A stretch of DNA of 64,000 nt from a virus. The stretch lies in IMG/VR virus record IMGVR_UViG_3300025769_000077, positions 34,406-98,405 of that record. One strand, written 5' to 3'. Of this stretch, positions 38,801 to 49,274 are shown in pieces. The notes under the pieces were generated by a model. It saw nothing but the letters and a program-made list of their open reading frames with translations, ran no database searches and was not told where the DNA came from. How positions within the stretch are numbered: position 1 is the stretch's first letter; the number at the start of each line of letters is the position of its first letter. The position numbers and the translations under genes were made by a program.

Positions 38801-41800
38801 AATACTTTAAGTCTTGTTGAGTTATAAGTTAATCCTAAATCTCTATTACCTTTATCTATTTCTGCTCTTTGTAACTTATCAGCTAATCCTTCTAATTCTT
38901 TAAATTCGTTAGGGTTAAATATAGCTTCTAATGTTTGAGGAGCAGATAATACTTGTTCCATTAATTCAATACGTCTTGTATTGTTTGTATTCTGTACAGA
39001 GTAATAACCATTAGTTACATCCATATCCTTTTTGATAGCATAAACTTTATCAATATCAAAGTCAAGACCTGCAATAGAAGTAATTTCTGGAGGAAGTATT
39101 ATTGTACCACCACTTGCTTCAGGAGTAAAACCGGTAATCTTAACTTTAATCATTGAATATTTATCCTCAGTTGGAATACGATATGTGATTATATCTAAGA
39201 GAGATTTATCAAAATTAGGATCTCTTAATACTTTATCAATATCTGGTTCACCATCTGTCATATATTTTTCTGGTATATTCTTACCAAATATAAAAGAAGC
39301 AGGTACATATCCTTCAAAGTGATCTAATGCTCCATTTTCTTTAAATACAATTTTAGGTTGTTTATCCCAACCCCAAGCTGTTTGGTTAATTAATACACCA
39401 CCTGGAGCTTTTTGTTTAATTACTCTATTGGTAAAAAAAGATGTAAGTAAAGATTCTATTCTGTATACATGTACAGGATGCCATAAAGGTAAAGCAGTTT
39501 CTCCTGTTCTAGTATCAACTATTTCAAGAGCTTCTATATACTTTTCACCTAATCCTCTATCTTCTACTTCTTTAATTAATTCTTTAACTAATTCTGTTTT
39601 ATTATTGAAAGGAGCATTTTCTCCTTCAGTTAATTCTTTAAATGATTCTTCTATATCCTGTACAGTAATAGCTTCATATTCTTTAAGAATTTCTTCTGCA
39701 GATACTCCATTATAAGATCCTTCTATATCTGCCATTATAAGTTTACGTATCTGAGTACCTAATAGATTATTATGGTCTATATGATGTAAAGGAGTTTCTA
39801 ACTGAATACGATAATCTGCATTAGATAAGGTTACATACTTTCTTTCATCAGCTTGTTCTTTATAATCAAAATCTAAAGCTGGTATATTATCATTAGGTTG
39901 TACATTATGTATACCCACTTTGAATGTTTCAGATGTTTGTAATGCATCTATTTTTCTAGCATTAGGATTATACTGCCAACTATTACCACTGAATTCCCAA
40001 CCCATATGTTCCATTATCTCTCTCATTATTTTATTCTTAGCAGCAACTTGAGGTACTAATAATGCTTCAGAGTTTTTAACTTGTATAGGAACTCTTCTAC
40101 CGTGTGTAGTTATATGACCAAAATAGAAAGGTTTAAACACGTTGAATACAGAGTCGTTGAACTTTTCTCCATTAATCATTTTGTTATAGAGTTCTTCTTT
40201 TCTGTGATCCCATCTACCTGCTCCTATTTCTATATCTCTTAGTCTTACAATATCAATAAAACCTTGAGCATCAGTAACAGAAGAGCTTTTATAATGAAGT
40301 CTAATTATTTCATCAGCATCTCGTTTAGATACTCCTGTTTTAATTAAGTTTTCTCTTAATACTTCCTTAAATGGTCTACCATTTAATTCAGTTTCTATGT
40401 CAATGTCTTCTATAAAACCTACTCTATATTCATCTGAAATAGTATGTTGATTTCCTTTTACATCTTCATAAACAGCTTCTGTATCTAAATGCATACCTGG
40501 AGAAATAGTTTGTTTATTTCTTTTATAAAATGCTCCAGCTACAGTATGTCTATCTTCACCGGTTCCTTTTTCTGATGCTTTATATTTATCTCTTTTATAA
40601 AAAGCTGGATCACCTGAAAATAAAGATACAATTTGCGATTGCATTAGTAAGTCATTAATTAAGAATCTTCTTAAGTTATTCTTAAGATCTTTATTAAAGT
40701 TATGACTAAAGTTATCAGCTGCATCTACCCATTTACCATCTTTCATTTCAATCATACCTATTTCTTGTAGGTAATTGATTTCTCTTTCTACATAAGCTTC
40801 TATTTGAGCATCTAATTCATTTTCTTTTTTACCATCCATAAAAGGAAGTAAGAAAAAGTTCTTATTGTTTTTATTGTAGTTCTTAAATACTTCTTGTCTT
40901 TCACTAAAGTTTTTATTTCTTTCTACTTCTTGTTGATATACACTTCTTAATCTATCTTTAGCTTCTTCTACAGTATATTTCTTCCATCTAAACATTACCA
41001 TGGTAGGTGAATCAGAAAGTATTTGATGTGAATAATAAGCTTCATTACCTCTAAAGTCCCATGCATTTATAGTTACTTTAGCTAAAGTTGATTTATCCAT
41101 ATTTGCATACTTAATACCATTACTTACATTGTTTCCTCTATAACCATCAAGTATAGCAAAGTCCATATCTCTTTCTTCTAATTCATCTAATAAGAATGAA
41201 TTTTCATAGAAAGGATCTTTACGGTATTCATCTAGTTTATCTTTTAGTACTTTTAATTGCTTGGTAGTAAAAGAAGAGTTTATGTGAGAGTAAACTACTT
41301 TACCTTCTACGTTCCTAAAACCTAATTGATAGTATTGAGGTTTAGTTTTTTTGATAACATTTACTACATTATCTAAGTTAGAAGATTCTTCCTCAAATAC
41401 ATTCTTATTAGCTCTAGCTTGTTTGATGATTAGATCTAAACTATCATTTACTGTTGATTTGTCTGTATCATCTAAACCAATGAATGCTTTAGATTCTTCT
41501 TCATTCATTGTAATACCTACTTGATCAAGTATAAACTGTACTTCTTTAAAGTCTTCTGTGTACAGTAATCTTTTGATATCAATAGGTTCTTTAAGATTTC
41601 TCTTACTTGCTTCTATTTTCCAATCTTCAATTAATACATTTCTAACACTAGCTTGATTAGATGGAAATACATTGAAGTTGTTGTAAGTGACATTCCTTCC
41701 CTCATATTGATTAAATACTTTATTCTTTTTATTAGTTATCATTATAAACTCAGCATGAGCTTTAGCAGCTATCTGAGTATAGATATGAGTATCTAATCCG

Positions 41801-44800
41801 GTAGGTAATTGAGTAGTAGGTATATTTAATTCAGACCTTAATGATCCCTGAAAATCATCAACTAGGTCACTATAGATTATGGCTAGTTCAGGTTTAAGTT
41901 CAGTTAGTTTTTCTAACTTTTCCATCATATCTTTCTTACTGTAACTATCAGCTAATTCTCTTTGCAAATAGTTATACATGTAAGAAGGGTTATGGTAATC
42001 TACAAAACCAAACTCGTCTCTTACTATATCTAAATAACCTTCATTGTCTATTTTTACTTTAGGAATAGAAGTTAAGTACTTCTTAAGCTTATCACTTAAT
42101 CGATTCTTTAATGATATCTGCATATCTACGTTTTGCCAACCTTCGTAATGTTCTGAGTTTTCATCTAATTCAATATCAGCATAATCATCTAAGCTTTGTT
42201 TGAATTGATATCCATATACATCAACACCTCTTTTTATTCTTTCATATAGATTAGGTTTAAGTTTACCTGTTCTATTATCATATAGTTCATTAATCAAAGT
42301 ATTTAAGAATGATTTAGAAGCACCTTCTGGGAAACCTTCTTCATATTCCATTAATGTGCTAACTACATCTAAGTAAAGACTCTCAACACCTACTCTTCTA
42401 AATATTTGACTATCTGATAAAGTAGGATATTGTTCTCTTAAATCAGCTACTGTAGTAGTAAATAAAACTCTATTAACTAACTCTACTGCTTTAACAACTC
42501 CTTTAGGTCCTAACTCTGAACTAAATCTTGTAAACCTTTGTGAACCTGATATAGGAGTTTTATAAGTTTTAGTACTCATTTTAAAGAATAGATCTTCCAG
42601 TGAAGGATCCATAAATACTTCTTTAATAGTCAACCATAACTTTCTGAAAAAGTCTTTAATAGGTTGAGACCAAGAAGGATTCATTTCTCTAGTTATAGTA
42701 TACTCTTTATATCTTTCAGCTAACCATTCTTCTTTTTGAAGAGTAGTGCCTTCAGGGCTTAACTTTAAAAGTTGTTTCTTTTCACTAGCTGTACTGAACA
42801 TATTAAAGATAACGTGGAAACCTTCGTGATATGGAGTACCTTTAGCTGCATCAGATGATATGTAAACAGCACCATCTTTAAATACACCCCATGCTTTAAC
42901 ACCTCCATAACCATGAATTTCTCTTAGGTTATCTAACACGCTAATAGGTACATTAGGGAATTTCTTTTTAAACCAAGCTAGTTCTTTTTCTTCATTCCAT
43001 TTTTCAACTTGTTGACCGGTATCAATAGATAATAAGGACTTACCTCCTTTATTTGGATTTCTTCTAATTTTTACATTAGGTTTATTCCATTTACCTGATG
43101 ATGGTTTAGTTTCTTTTTGAGTCTCAAATGAATTAAAATCTATTCCTATTTTAGTTGAATGTACTTGTTCAGTTAAGTGTAGATTTGTTTTATATCTATT
43201 TGCAAACTTCTTACCATTAGATGTTATATCATTTAAAGGTAAGTGAGAAACTCTATTATCTAAGTTAAGTAAGTCATAAGCTTGTTGACCGTTTAATCCT
43301 TTAACAATCTTATTTTCTACTTTTACATTCCATCCACTTCCTTTAGTAAAGGATACATCTTTAATATCTTCCCAATATACAATAGTTCTTAATTGTTCTA
43401 GTTTATCTTTCCAATTATTCTCTGTTGCGTTATTAAGTAAAGACATTATACGTTCTTTTACTTCCGGAACATCTTTTATCTTTTTAGTAAATAATCTATG
43501 TGGAGTATAAGAACCATCTGCCATTGGTACTAATATGTAAACACCACCTTTGTTTACTGTACCAGAATTAACAAATATTCCTTTATGATTATGTTTAAGT
43601 ATCGTACCACCTTCAAGTTTAACACCAACAGCTAATTTAACATCCATATCTATTTCAGTTAAATCTCTAATAGCATCAGTTCTTACTCTACCTGGTTTTA
43701 CTTCATCTACTCTAATAGTCTTATCTAAAGTAACTACTCCTATTTTACCTTTTAATTCTTGATCAATTGCTTTTCTTAAATCAAGTAGTTGTTCATTTCC
43801 TGAACCTCGATATGCTTTTAGCATACCAACTACTTTTCTATTAGAAAGATCTTTGTTCTCTCTGTTACCGTCTATATACTTAACAAAAAGTACTTTACGT
43901 TTCATAAATCCTTCTGATTCAAATCGATCATTAGTATCTATTTCTAAGTGTAAAGTATCTCCTACTTTTACACCTCCTTTATTTAAGTAGTTCCAATCTA
44001 CTCCAATAGTATTTTTATCAGAAGGAATAGGTTTACCGGTTTCATCTACATTAGTTATCCAATACTTATCTTCTTTAACCATTTCCATTTCTTCTGCTTG
44101 AAGTAATGAAGGACTAGTTAAAGGTTGAGATGTAACATCAGTATTTCTATCGTGATGGTTAGTTAAAGTAGTTCTAATAGGAGCATGTTCTTCTACAGGT
44201 TCATAAACTTCTTCTTTTGTTTCTTGTCTTATTGAATCAAAGAATTCGTCTTGACGTTCTTGTAAGTCTATTTGTTCTCCTATCTCTTCTACTGTTTTAT
44301 TTAATTCTTCAAAATTCTTTTTTAGAATATCTTCAATTTTAGAAATATTATTGTTAAATATTGCTTGTTCTCTTTTACTTAATGGAGCATTTTGTTTAAC
44401 TTTTTTAGCAATACTTTCTAATATAGTATCAGAAACTTTACCTGTATTTACAAATTCATTAAAGATTTCTTCTGATATAGTTTCTTTTACTTCTTCATTG
44501 GAGAAAGGACTTTTTAATGCTTTTAATTCAGCACCATATTTAGCATTGATTTTATCTTGTACTGTTTCAGTACTATTTTGTGTAAAAGTAGCTTCTGTAA
44601 AATTTTGAATTTGGGGAGTAGTGATAATATCAGAAATAGCAGAATAAAGTGAATCTGCTGCATTATTTTTTACTTTTTTACCTGTAAATAAATCTGTAAT
44701 AAAAGAAATAATACTTTCAAATACATTTTTATTTTTAGAATTATACCTTAAATTTTCAGGTAGTTCTATTCTTTGTAATGCTGAAACAAATCCTTCATTA

Positions 44801-47800
44801 GACATCTCTGCCATTAATTCAGACATATTAACTAATCCATACTCTTGACCTCCAAAATATGTATTAGCATCTAGTGTTTTAAGGTAATTAAATATTTGTC
44901 CTATTTTTTGTACAGCTTCTACTTGTACAGTATTTAACTGTCCTTTATATTTACCTTTTTTTGTATTAGTATAAACGTCATTATATACAGTTTGTGTAAC
45001 ACCATGTATTAATTCATGTGTAATAGTATATTGTATAAAACTTTGAAAAGTAGTTAATCCTTTTACACCTAAGAGTTTACCACCTGCTCTTCCTTTATTT
45101 TGAAGCATATTTTGATAGCTTTCATAAAGAGCGTTTAGATTTATTGTTACAACTCCTGTTTGACTACTAAAACTACCACCTGCTCTGCTATCTAATTCTT
45201 GAACACCATTTGTAAATAAAACCTTGATGTTAAATTGATTAGCCGCATTTAATATTAAATTAAACAACTGCTGCCCAAAAAGAGAGTCACTTAATATTCC
45301 AATCTTTTTTAATTCATTTAAACTTATTTGTTGTTCTATTGGTAAACTATTTACAAAAGAAAGCTCTCTTCTTCTTTCTATATCAGCTTTTTGAGCTTTT
45401 ACTTTTGAAGTTTGCACTTCTTTCCTCCCTTGCGTGGTTTCTTTTTCATTTGGTCTTAATTTATTGTATAACTTAAGAGCTTCTATTGAATTAACACCTA
45501 ATATTCTAGATATCCTTTTAACATTCTGAGCTTTAGAGTATCTATCTAATCCTTGAGTAATTGATTTAATCTGTTTAGGAGTAGCGTTTATTCCTTCAAA
45601 TACTTTTTCATATTCAATATCTTGCTCAACTTCTTGTTCTTCAGCTTTGTTTCTTCTTATTATTTCTTCAACATCAGCTTGATATCCTTCAACATCATCT
45701 ATGTCTTGATAAGCTTCATCTAATTCTTGAAGTTGTTTTAATAGTTTTTCTTGTACTTCTCTAGCAGCTCTATTTTTTCTTTTAGAGTCTTTTTCTTGCT
45801 GAGTTCTTTTTGCAGCTTCAAAGGCAGTTTCTGCTGCATCTCTATTAGGTTCTTCATTTTTTACTTTTTCGTTTTGTTCTTTAACTTCAAATCTAGGTAA
45901 TTTAGTATGAAATAGTTCTGTTTTAATAACTAAGTTCATAGCTCTTAATTGACTAACTGCTTTCTTTTCATTAGTCAGTAATTCAGCTATATCTTGTTTA
46001 CTTAAACCGGCTCTACCAAGTACTTGTTCATTTTGAGCAATGTACTGTTTTAATGCAGCAATTGCATCTCTTATTTCATTATGTCGTTTACCTAATTCAA
46101 TAGTGTCTTTTATTTGAGTTATATCAAATAGTTCTACGTAATTGTCAGCTAATTCAGTAAACTCTTTAGCTAAACTAGGTGTAACTATATCTAAGGTTAC
46201 TTCATTTAATAAAGTAATATAGATTACTTGATCTATAATTATTTCATCTGTAAACTTAACTGGTCCTTGTGGACCTATAAGAGTAACTTCTTTAACGTAG
46301 TTCTTATTTCCTTTTCTGTCGTATAACTCTTCTATATCAGAAGGAATTGTATAATCTATTCCTCTTATTTTTAAAGTACCATTATCGTTTACATTAACTG
46401 TATAATCCTCTCTATTGATGTTTTTATATCCTGCAAATACTGATTCTAAATATTTTTCAGTAGCAGCAGCGTCGTCTTCATAAGGATCTATTTTATTGTC
46501 TCTAGCGAAGTACTCATCTATAATTTGTTGTTCTCTTAAGAATGCATAGTTCAATATAGATAAATGATTTTCTGATATATCTATAGTACTAGAAGCTTTA
46601 TACATTTCTTCTTTTACGTCCTTACCGTATCGTTCAATTATCTCATTTACTTTAATAGCTTCTTGGTTAAGATCTTCATTTGAAAGAGTTCTTAATCTAT
46701 TTCTATATTCTGAAAGTAATTGTTTATTAAATGCTTTGGTATTAGCATGTCTAATATGTTCTACGTTATTGATTACATTGTGTATTTCAATACCTTCTTT
46801 CATTAAGTAACCAATAGTTATATCGATACCTTTTATAACTTGATTTAAAGATTCAATCAACTCTTCAGCTTTTCTTATCTGATTAATCTTTCTATCAGTA
46901 AATCTATCTTTAGTTTCCTGGTTAAAGTTTTTATATTGAATGTTTTGAATACTTTCACGCATCTTAGGAATAGATGCTTTTACTTTTTCTATTTCATCCT
47001 TAGTTTCCTGAATACGTTCTTTAGATCTCTTTATGTTAGATTTGATTTCTTCTATCTTATCTTGTCTATTCTTTACAAATACAAAATCAATTAAGTCTTC
47101 TACAGTACTTAATTTAGCATCGTATTTTTTATTAAATTTACTTAGTTCATCTCTAAATAAAAGATCTCTACCTTCATATCTATTTTTAATATCCTTATCT
47201 GTAGGGTTTTCAGGTAAGGCAGGTGCTTGTTCTTTTTGCTCTTTTATCTTTTCATTTAAAATAGTATTAAGTTCCTGTTTACCGTTGTCAGATAAATCTT
47301 TAAAAAGATCTACAAATTCATCATAAGATTCAAAACTACTAGCAGCTTGTAACTTTTGTTTTTCTTCTCTTTGTTTCTTTTTAGTTAATCTGTCTTTTCT
47401 TCTACCGGTAATAGAATCAATAGCTGGATTGATTTCATGATCAATAAATGAACTAATATCTACAGCTTCAAATACTTTACTTAATAGTATTTCATCGTAC
47501 TCTGTAGAAATAGTATCTAATGGATTACCATTTTTATCTTTAGTTGCTTTATCGTATTTTATTCTATTGTTTTCTAAAGCTTTTATACGGTCATCGTATA
47601 TTCCATTTTCATTTTTCTCTTTAAGTCTTTCTATCAAAACATCAGTAGCATCTCTAGCTAACATATTATTATAAGCAGCTAATTGATCTGATGTATAATC
47701 ATCTCCTAGTTTACCTAAAGTTTCTTTTATAAAAGAACTTATTTCATCTTGTTGAACTTTAAATAGTTCTTTATGAGCCATTAAAGCAAGCTTTTCTATT

Positions 47801-49248
47801 TGCTCTTCTTTAGATAGAGTACCATCTTTCTTAATAGCATTAAAGTTTTTATGAAATTCATCAATTACTTTTACATATTTAGCTGCTTTAGGATTAGATT
47901 CACTAGCGTCTTGGTATTCTTCTCTTACTATATCTAATCTACCTCTATTAGCAGCATCGATTAACTGTGCTGTAAAAGATCTATCTGTTGCTATATTATA
48001 AGTTGTTTCATCACCAAGTAATTGACCAATCATAGCTTGAGCATTATCTCTTAGTTTTTGCTCTTGACTTGAATCACTTCCTTGTGATATATATCTAGCT
48101 AAAGAACCTGCTCCAGAAAATACTCCACCACCTATAGCACCAAACCAAGCTGATGTCCACATCTCAGGATCTTTTACATAGTTTTCAAATCTCTTTCCAA
48201 ATCCTTTACCATATACAGAATCAAGTTGTCCTAATCCTTTACCTACAGCTTCTTTATTTGTCATAAATTGATATGACTCTTCAATTGCTTCAGAACCCAT
48301 TTGACCGATACCTTCAGCTATCTTTCTACCTATTGACTTTTTAGCTTCTCTTGTTGCAACATTAGCTAAATCTGAGAAACCTCTATACATCATAATGTAT
48401 TGAGGTAAGTCTAATACAATAGCAGCACTGTTAGCTCTCCATGCTGAAGCAGCACCGTCAGATGCCATCTCTGTAGCTTTCATGTCATTAAGTCCCATTT
48501 GCTTAGCTTTCTGAAATATTTCATCATATGTTTGCTGAGCTTCCATGGTATTTTCCATATAACGAGAAACAATAGCACCGGTAATACCTTTAGTTAGTTT
48601 TTGAGCATTAGCTCCTTTTAAAAACTTAGAACCTGCTCCTAATAGCTTACCTGCTAAACCTAAGAGTCTTACTGTTCCTACTGCAGGAATCATTAATGAT
48701 AATGAAGTTGCTACTGATTTAATATTAGAACCCCACCATGTAGCATCCCATGGAGCAAATCCTTCTGCATCTTTAGTTTTAATTATACCTAAAACATCTT
48801 CTTGTAATGATTCTTTGTGTTCTGCAACCCAACTAGAAAACCAGTTAGAGTATTCTTGTGTAGCTTCTTTATAGTCTTCTTTACCTGCGTTAGCTATATC
48901 TTTAGCAATAGTTCCGTATTGTTCAAAGTCAAGTAAGTATCCAATACCTTCTGCTGTACCTAATACAACTTCTGCTAAACCTTGTCCAAAACCTTTTCCC
49001 CATACTTCCAATGCAGATTGACTTTGAGCAGCTTGTTCTTTTAGATCTATACCTGTAGCTTCTACAGGAGTGTCTAATTTAGAAAATACTTTATCAGCTA
49101 AATCAGCATCCATGGTTCTATATGGACGATCTGGAGAATAAGGTCTCTCAGGAGTGCTTTCAAATGCTAAGTTGTCTAAACCTCCCATCTTAACTGTAGA
49201 CTTAGGTTTACTATCCAGGTTAGTTATTGGATCAAGAAAATTACTCAT
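35818..49248 (-). CDS. virion-associated RNA polymerase polyprotein (crAss-type)
   Basis: catalytic GLDFDIDK, RIPT, TDAQG, GTQIRKLI, SVDNGK; also HELIH and HEGFH zincin motifs and a C-terminal PD-(D/E)xK domain. Confidence 0.92.
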   Translation of the reverse strand: MSNFLDPITNLDSKPKSTVKMGGLDNLAFESTPERPYSPDRPYRTMDADLADKVFSKLDTPVEATGIDLKEQAAQSQSALEVWGKGFGQGLAEVVLGTAEGIGYLLDFEQYGTIAKDIANAGKEDYKEATQEYSNWFSSWVAEHKESLQEDVLGIIKTKDAEGFAPWDATWWGSNIKSVATSLSLMIPAVGTVRLLGLAGKLLGAGSKFLKGANAQKLTKGITGAIVSRYMENTMEAQQTYDEIFQKAKQMGLNDMKATEMASDGAASAWRANSAAIVLDLPQYIMMYRGFSDLANVATREAKKSIGRKIAEGIGQMGSEAIEESYQFMTNKEAVGKGLGQLDSVYGKGFGKRFENYVKDPEMWTSAWFGAIGGGVFSGAGSLARYISQGSDSSQEQKLRDNAQAMIGQLLGDETTYNIATDRSFTAQLIDAANRGRLDIVREEYQDASESNPKAAKYVKVIDEFHKNFNAIKKDGTLSKEEQIEKLALMAHKELFKVQQDEISSFIKETLGKLGDDYTSDQLAAYNNMLARDATDVLIERLKEKNENGIYDDRIKALENNRIKYDKATKDKNGNPLDTISTEYDEILLSKVFEAVDISSFIDHEINPAIDSITGRRKDRLTKKKQREEKQKLQAASSFESYDEFVDLFKDLSDNGKQELNTILNEKIKEQKEQAPALPENPTDKDIKNRYEGRDLLFRDELSKFNKKYDAKLSTVEDLIDFVFVKNRQDKIEEIKSNIKRSKERIQETKDEIEKVKASIPKMRESIQNIQYKNFNQETKDRFTDRKINQIRKAEELIESLNQVIKGIDITIGYLMKEGIEIHNVINNVEHIRHANTKAFNKQLLSEYRNRLRTLSNEDLNQEAIKVNEIIERYGKDVKEEMYKASSTIDISENHLSILNYAFLREQQIIDEYFARDNKIDPYEDDAAATEKYLESVFAGYKNINREDYTVNVNDNGTLKIRGIDYTIPSDIEELYDRKGNKNYVKEVTLIGPQGPVKFTDEIIIDQVIYITLLNEVTLDIVTPSLAKEFTELADNYVELFDITQIKDTIELGKRHNEIRDAIAALKQYIAQNEQVLGRAGLSKQDIAELLTNEKKAVSQLRAMNLVIKTELFHTKLPRFEVKEQNEKVKNEEPNRDAAETAFEAAKRTQQEKDSKRKNRAAREVQEKLLKQLQELDEAYQDIDDVEGYQADVEEIIRRNKAEEQEVEQDIEYEKVFEGINATPKQIKSITQGLDRYSKAQNVKRISRILGVNSIEALKLYNKLRPNEKETTQGRKEVQTSKVKAQKADIERRRELSFVNSLPIEQQISLNELKKIGILSDSLFGQQLFNLILNAANQFNIKVLFTNGVQELDSRAGGSFSSQTGVVTINLNALYESYQNMLQNKGRAGGKLLGVKGLTTFQSFIQYTITHELIHGVTQTVYNDVYTNTKKGKYKGQLNTVQVEAVQKIGQIFNYLKTLDANTYFGGQEYGLVNMSELMAEMSNEGFVSALQRIELPENLRYNSKNKNVFESIISFITDLFTGKKVKNNAADSLYSAISDIITTPQIQNFTEATFTQNSTETVQDKINAKYGAELKALKSPFSNEEVKETISEEIFNEFVNTGKVSDTILESIAKKVKQNAPLSKREQAIFNNNISKIEDILKKNFEELNKTVEEIGEQIDLQERQDEFFDSIRQETKEEVYEPVEEHAPIRTTLTNHHDRNTDVTSQPLTSPSLLQAEEMEMVKEDKYWITNVDETGKPIPSDKNTIGVDWNYLNKGGVKVGDTLHLEIDTNDRFESEGFMKRKVLFVKYIDGNRENKDLSNRKVVGMLKAYRGSGNEQLLDLRKAIDQELKGKIGVVTLDKTIRVDEVKPGRVRTDAIRDLTEIDMDVKLAVGVKLEGGTILKHNHKGIFVNSGTVNKGGVYILVPMADGSYTPHRLFTKKIKDVPEVKERIMSLLNNATENNWKDKLEQLRTIVYWEDIKDVSFTKGSGWNVKVENKIVKGLNGQQAYDLLNLDNRVSHLPLNDITSNGKKFANRYKTNLHLTEQVHSTKIGIDFNSFETQKETKPSSGKWNKPNVKIRRNPNKGGKSLLSIDTGQQVEKWNEEKELAWFKKKFPNVPISVLDNLREIHGYGGVKAWGVFKDGAVYISSDAAKGTPYHEGFHVIFNMFSTASEKKQLLKLSPEGTTLQKEEWLAERYKEYTITREMNPSWSQPIKDFFRKLWLTIKEVFMDPSLEDLFFKMSTKTYKTPISGSQRFTRFSSELGPKGVVKAVELVNRVLFTTTVADLREQYPTLSDSQIFRRVGVESLYLDVVSTLMEYEEGFPEGASKSFLNTLINELYDNRTGKLKPNLYERIKRGVDVYGYQFKQSLDDYADIELDENSEHYEGWQNVDMQISLKNRLSDKLKKYLTSIPKVKIDNEGYLDIVRDEFGFVDYHNPSYMYNYLQRELADSYSKKDMMEKLEKLTELKPELAIIYSDLVDDFQGSLRSELNIPTTQLPTGLDTHIYTQIAAKAHAEFIMITNKKNKVFNQYEGRNVTYNNFNVFPSNQASVRNVLIEDWKIEASKRNLKEPIDIKRLLYTEDFKEVQFILDQVGITMNEEESKAFIGLDDTDKSTVNDSLDLIIKQARANKNVFEEESSNLDNVVNVIKKTKPQYYQLGFRNVEGKVVYSHINSSFTTKQLKVLKDKLDEYRKDPFYENSFLLDELEERDMDFAILDGYRGNNVSNGIKYANMDKSTLAKVTINAWDFRGNEAYYSHQILSDSPTMVMFRWKKYTVEEAKDRLRSVYQQEVERNKNFSERQEVFKNYNKNNKNFFLLPFMDGKKENELDAQIEAYVEREINYLQEIGMIEMKDGKWVDAADNFSHNFNKDLKNNLRRFLINDLLMQSQIVSLFSGDPAFYKRDKYKASEKGTGEDRHTVAGAFYKRNKQTISPGMHLDTEAVYEDVKGNQHTISDEYRVGFIEDIDIETELNGRPFKEVLRENLIKTGVSKRDADEIIRLHYKSSSVTDAQGFIDIVRLRDIEIGAGRWDHRKEELYNKMINGEKFNDSVFNVFKPFYFGHITTHGRRVPIQVKNSEALLVPQVAAKNKIMREIMEHMGWEFSGNSWQYNPNARKIDALQTSETFKVGIHNVQPNDNIPALDFDYKEQADERKYVTLSNADYRIQLETPLHHIDHNNLLGTQIRKLIMADIEGSYNGVSAEEILKEYEAITVQDIEESFKELTEGENAPFNNKTELVKELIKEVEDRGLGEKYIEALEIVDTRTGETALPLWHPVHVYRIESLLTSFFTNRVIKQKAPGGVLINQTAWGWDKQPKIVFKENGALDHFEGYVPASFIFGKNIPEKYMTDGEPDIDKVLRDPNFDKSLLDIITYRIPTEDKYSMIKVKITGFTPEASGGTIILPPEITSIAGLDFDIDKVYAIKKDMDVTNGYYSVQNTNNTRRIELMEQVLSAPQTLEAIFNPNEFKELEGLADKLQRAEIDKGNRDLGLTYNSTRLKVFEQMMTGKSLVGVFANHNASHATMQNHNVKTKLPVLFDNKYDSTQDKPIGMSLSLKRNANGKRVSKVMASYLAASVDNGKNPVLGFLNINPLTADIAALINRVGYTEETASYFLTQPVVKKISEIYFKNGGGKKALSTALTEVRNMFKRAGIKNDVEVKEGDKSTFKYQNINTSDLIKHRDLELEKDIDFQHKVFKAFEMYQLMASHLSKTVQATRVDAMPTGPSTANTEAVIRSRELLLDKGESLLLSGLRDYLTFVNNPSMDSFYQKGFVEPLSILKEYVPFFEPDFIAVKNLLQEITLKETNQPLSSEQINTINNEYLRYLASDFGPFREHYSTILPRINSESRKKFIEKYPQFEPFFKFIGDVQTDSGIFVPIFRGASGLDHQDKDHISKIWEEMITNSNPEVSKMGQDLAAFSFHAGGLNVSPNGMGNLLPVSYFRSLMNEEGQSLNEFLENRIYHGDPSTAEVPSYITNFVDQYIKNNFNKLPFVDFVMTDEINIGKSKDEILILKDGVNKGRFIKRRTGDTSFDLFEKVGKYEYQKINTLGIRSKKGNVVSEYMFDNKGFNLPAEAIEQNITPTSGDLTIDNLIESSEDFELTADKKFYRHIPTGDLYTRVSDFVGNKIVETDENRQILKTAQDIGNGIDEFVRDFFKGNLQTFKNYPIFKNLKHYMELKKQLENIKASLPEGSKIVSNDIVLFDPVKKVAGTVDLIMVNSDGTYSILDLKTKTSLKYKDSFKYGKSDTEKWTDQVNAYRQMFTNLTSEKVKNIAILPVTVAYNSGSSFLTEAPKIEKSIKLSLRDVMNTKSSNKSSQYYEGNIKPEPNTVFVFGSNPLGINGNPSKGTGGAALVASTQFGVKQGEKMDNKLSDSRQAYGLTTVTGPGKKKSLTPAQIVENIKKLYKTAQTGNFNKRRQFKIAYRNTTERSLNGYTGLEMIEMFNQAGPIPPNVIFSKEWFDTGKLNKPTSAIQSSSDNLTFDDVSDDQADEVNKEC

Positions 49249-49252
49249 ACTA

Positions 49253-49260
49253 CAAATATA
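49253..49260 (-). promoter_or_regulatory. Bacteroidota sigma70 -7 element (TATATTTG)
   Basis: exact TAnnTTTG 4 nt upstream of the vRNAP ATG. Confidence 0.65.
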
Positions 49261-49274
49261 TTACTTATCTGAGA

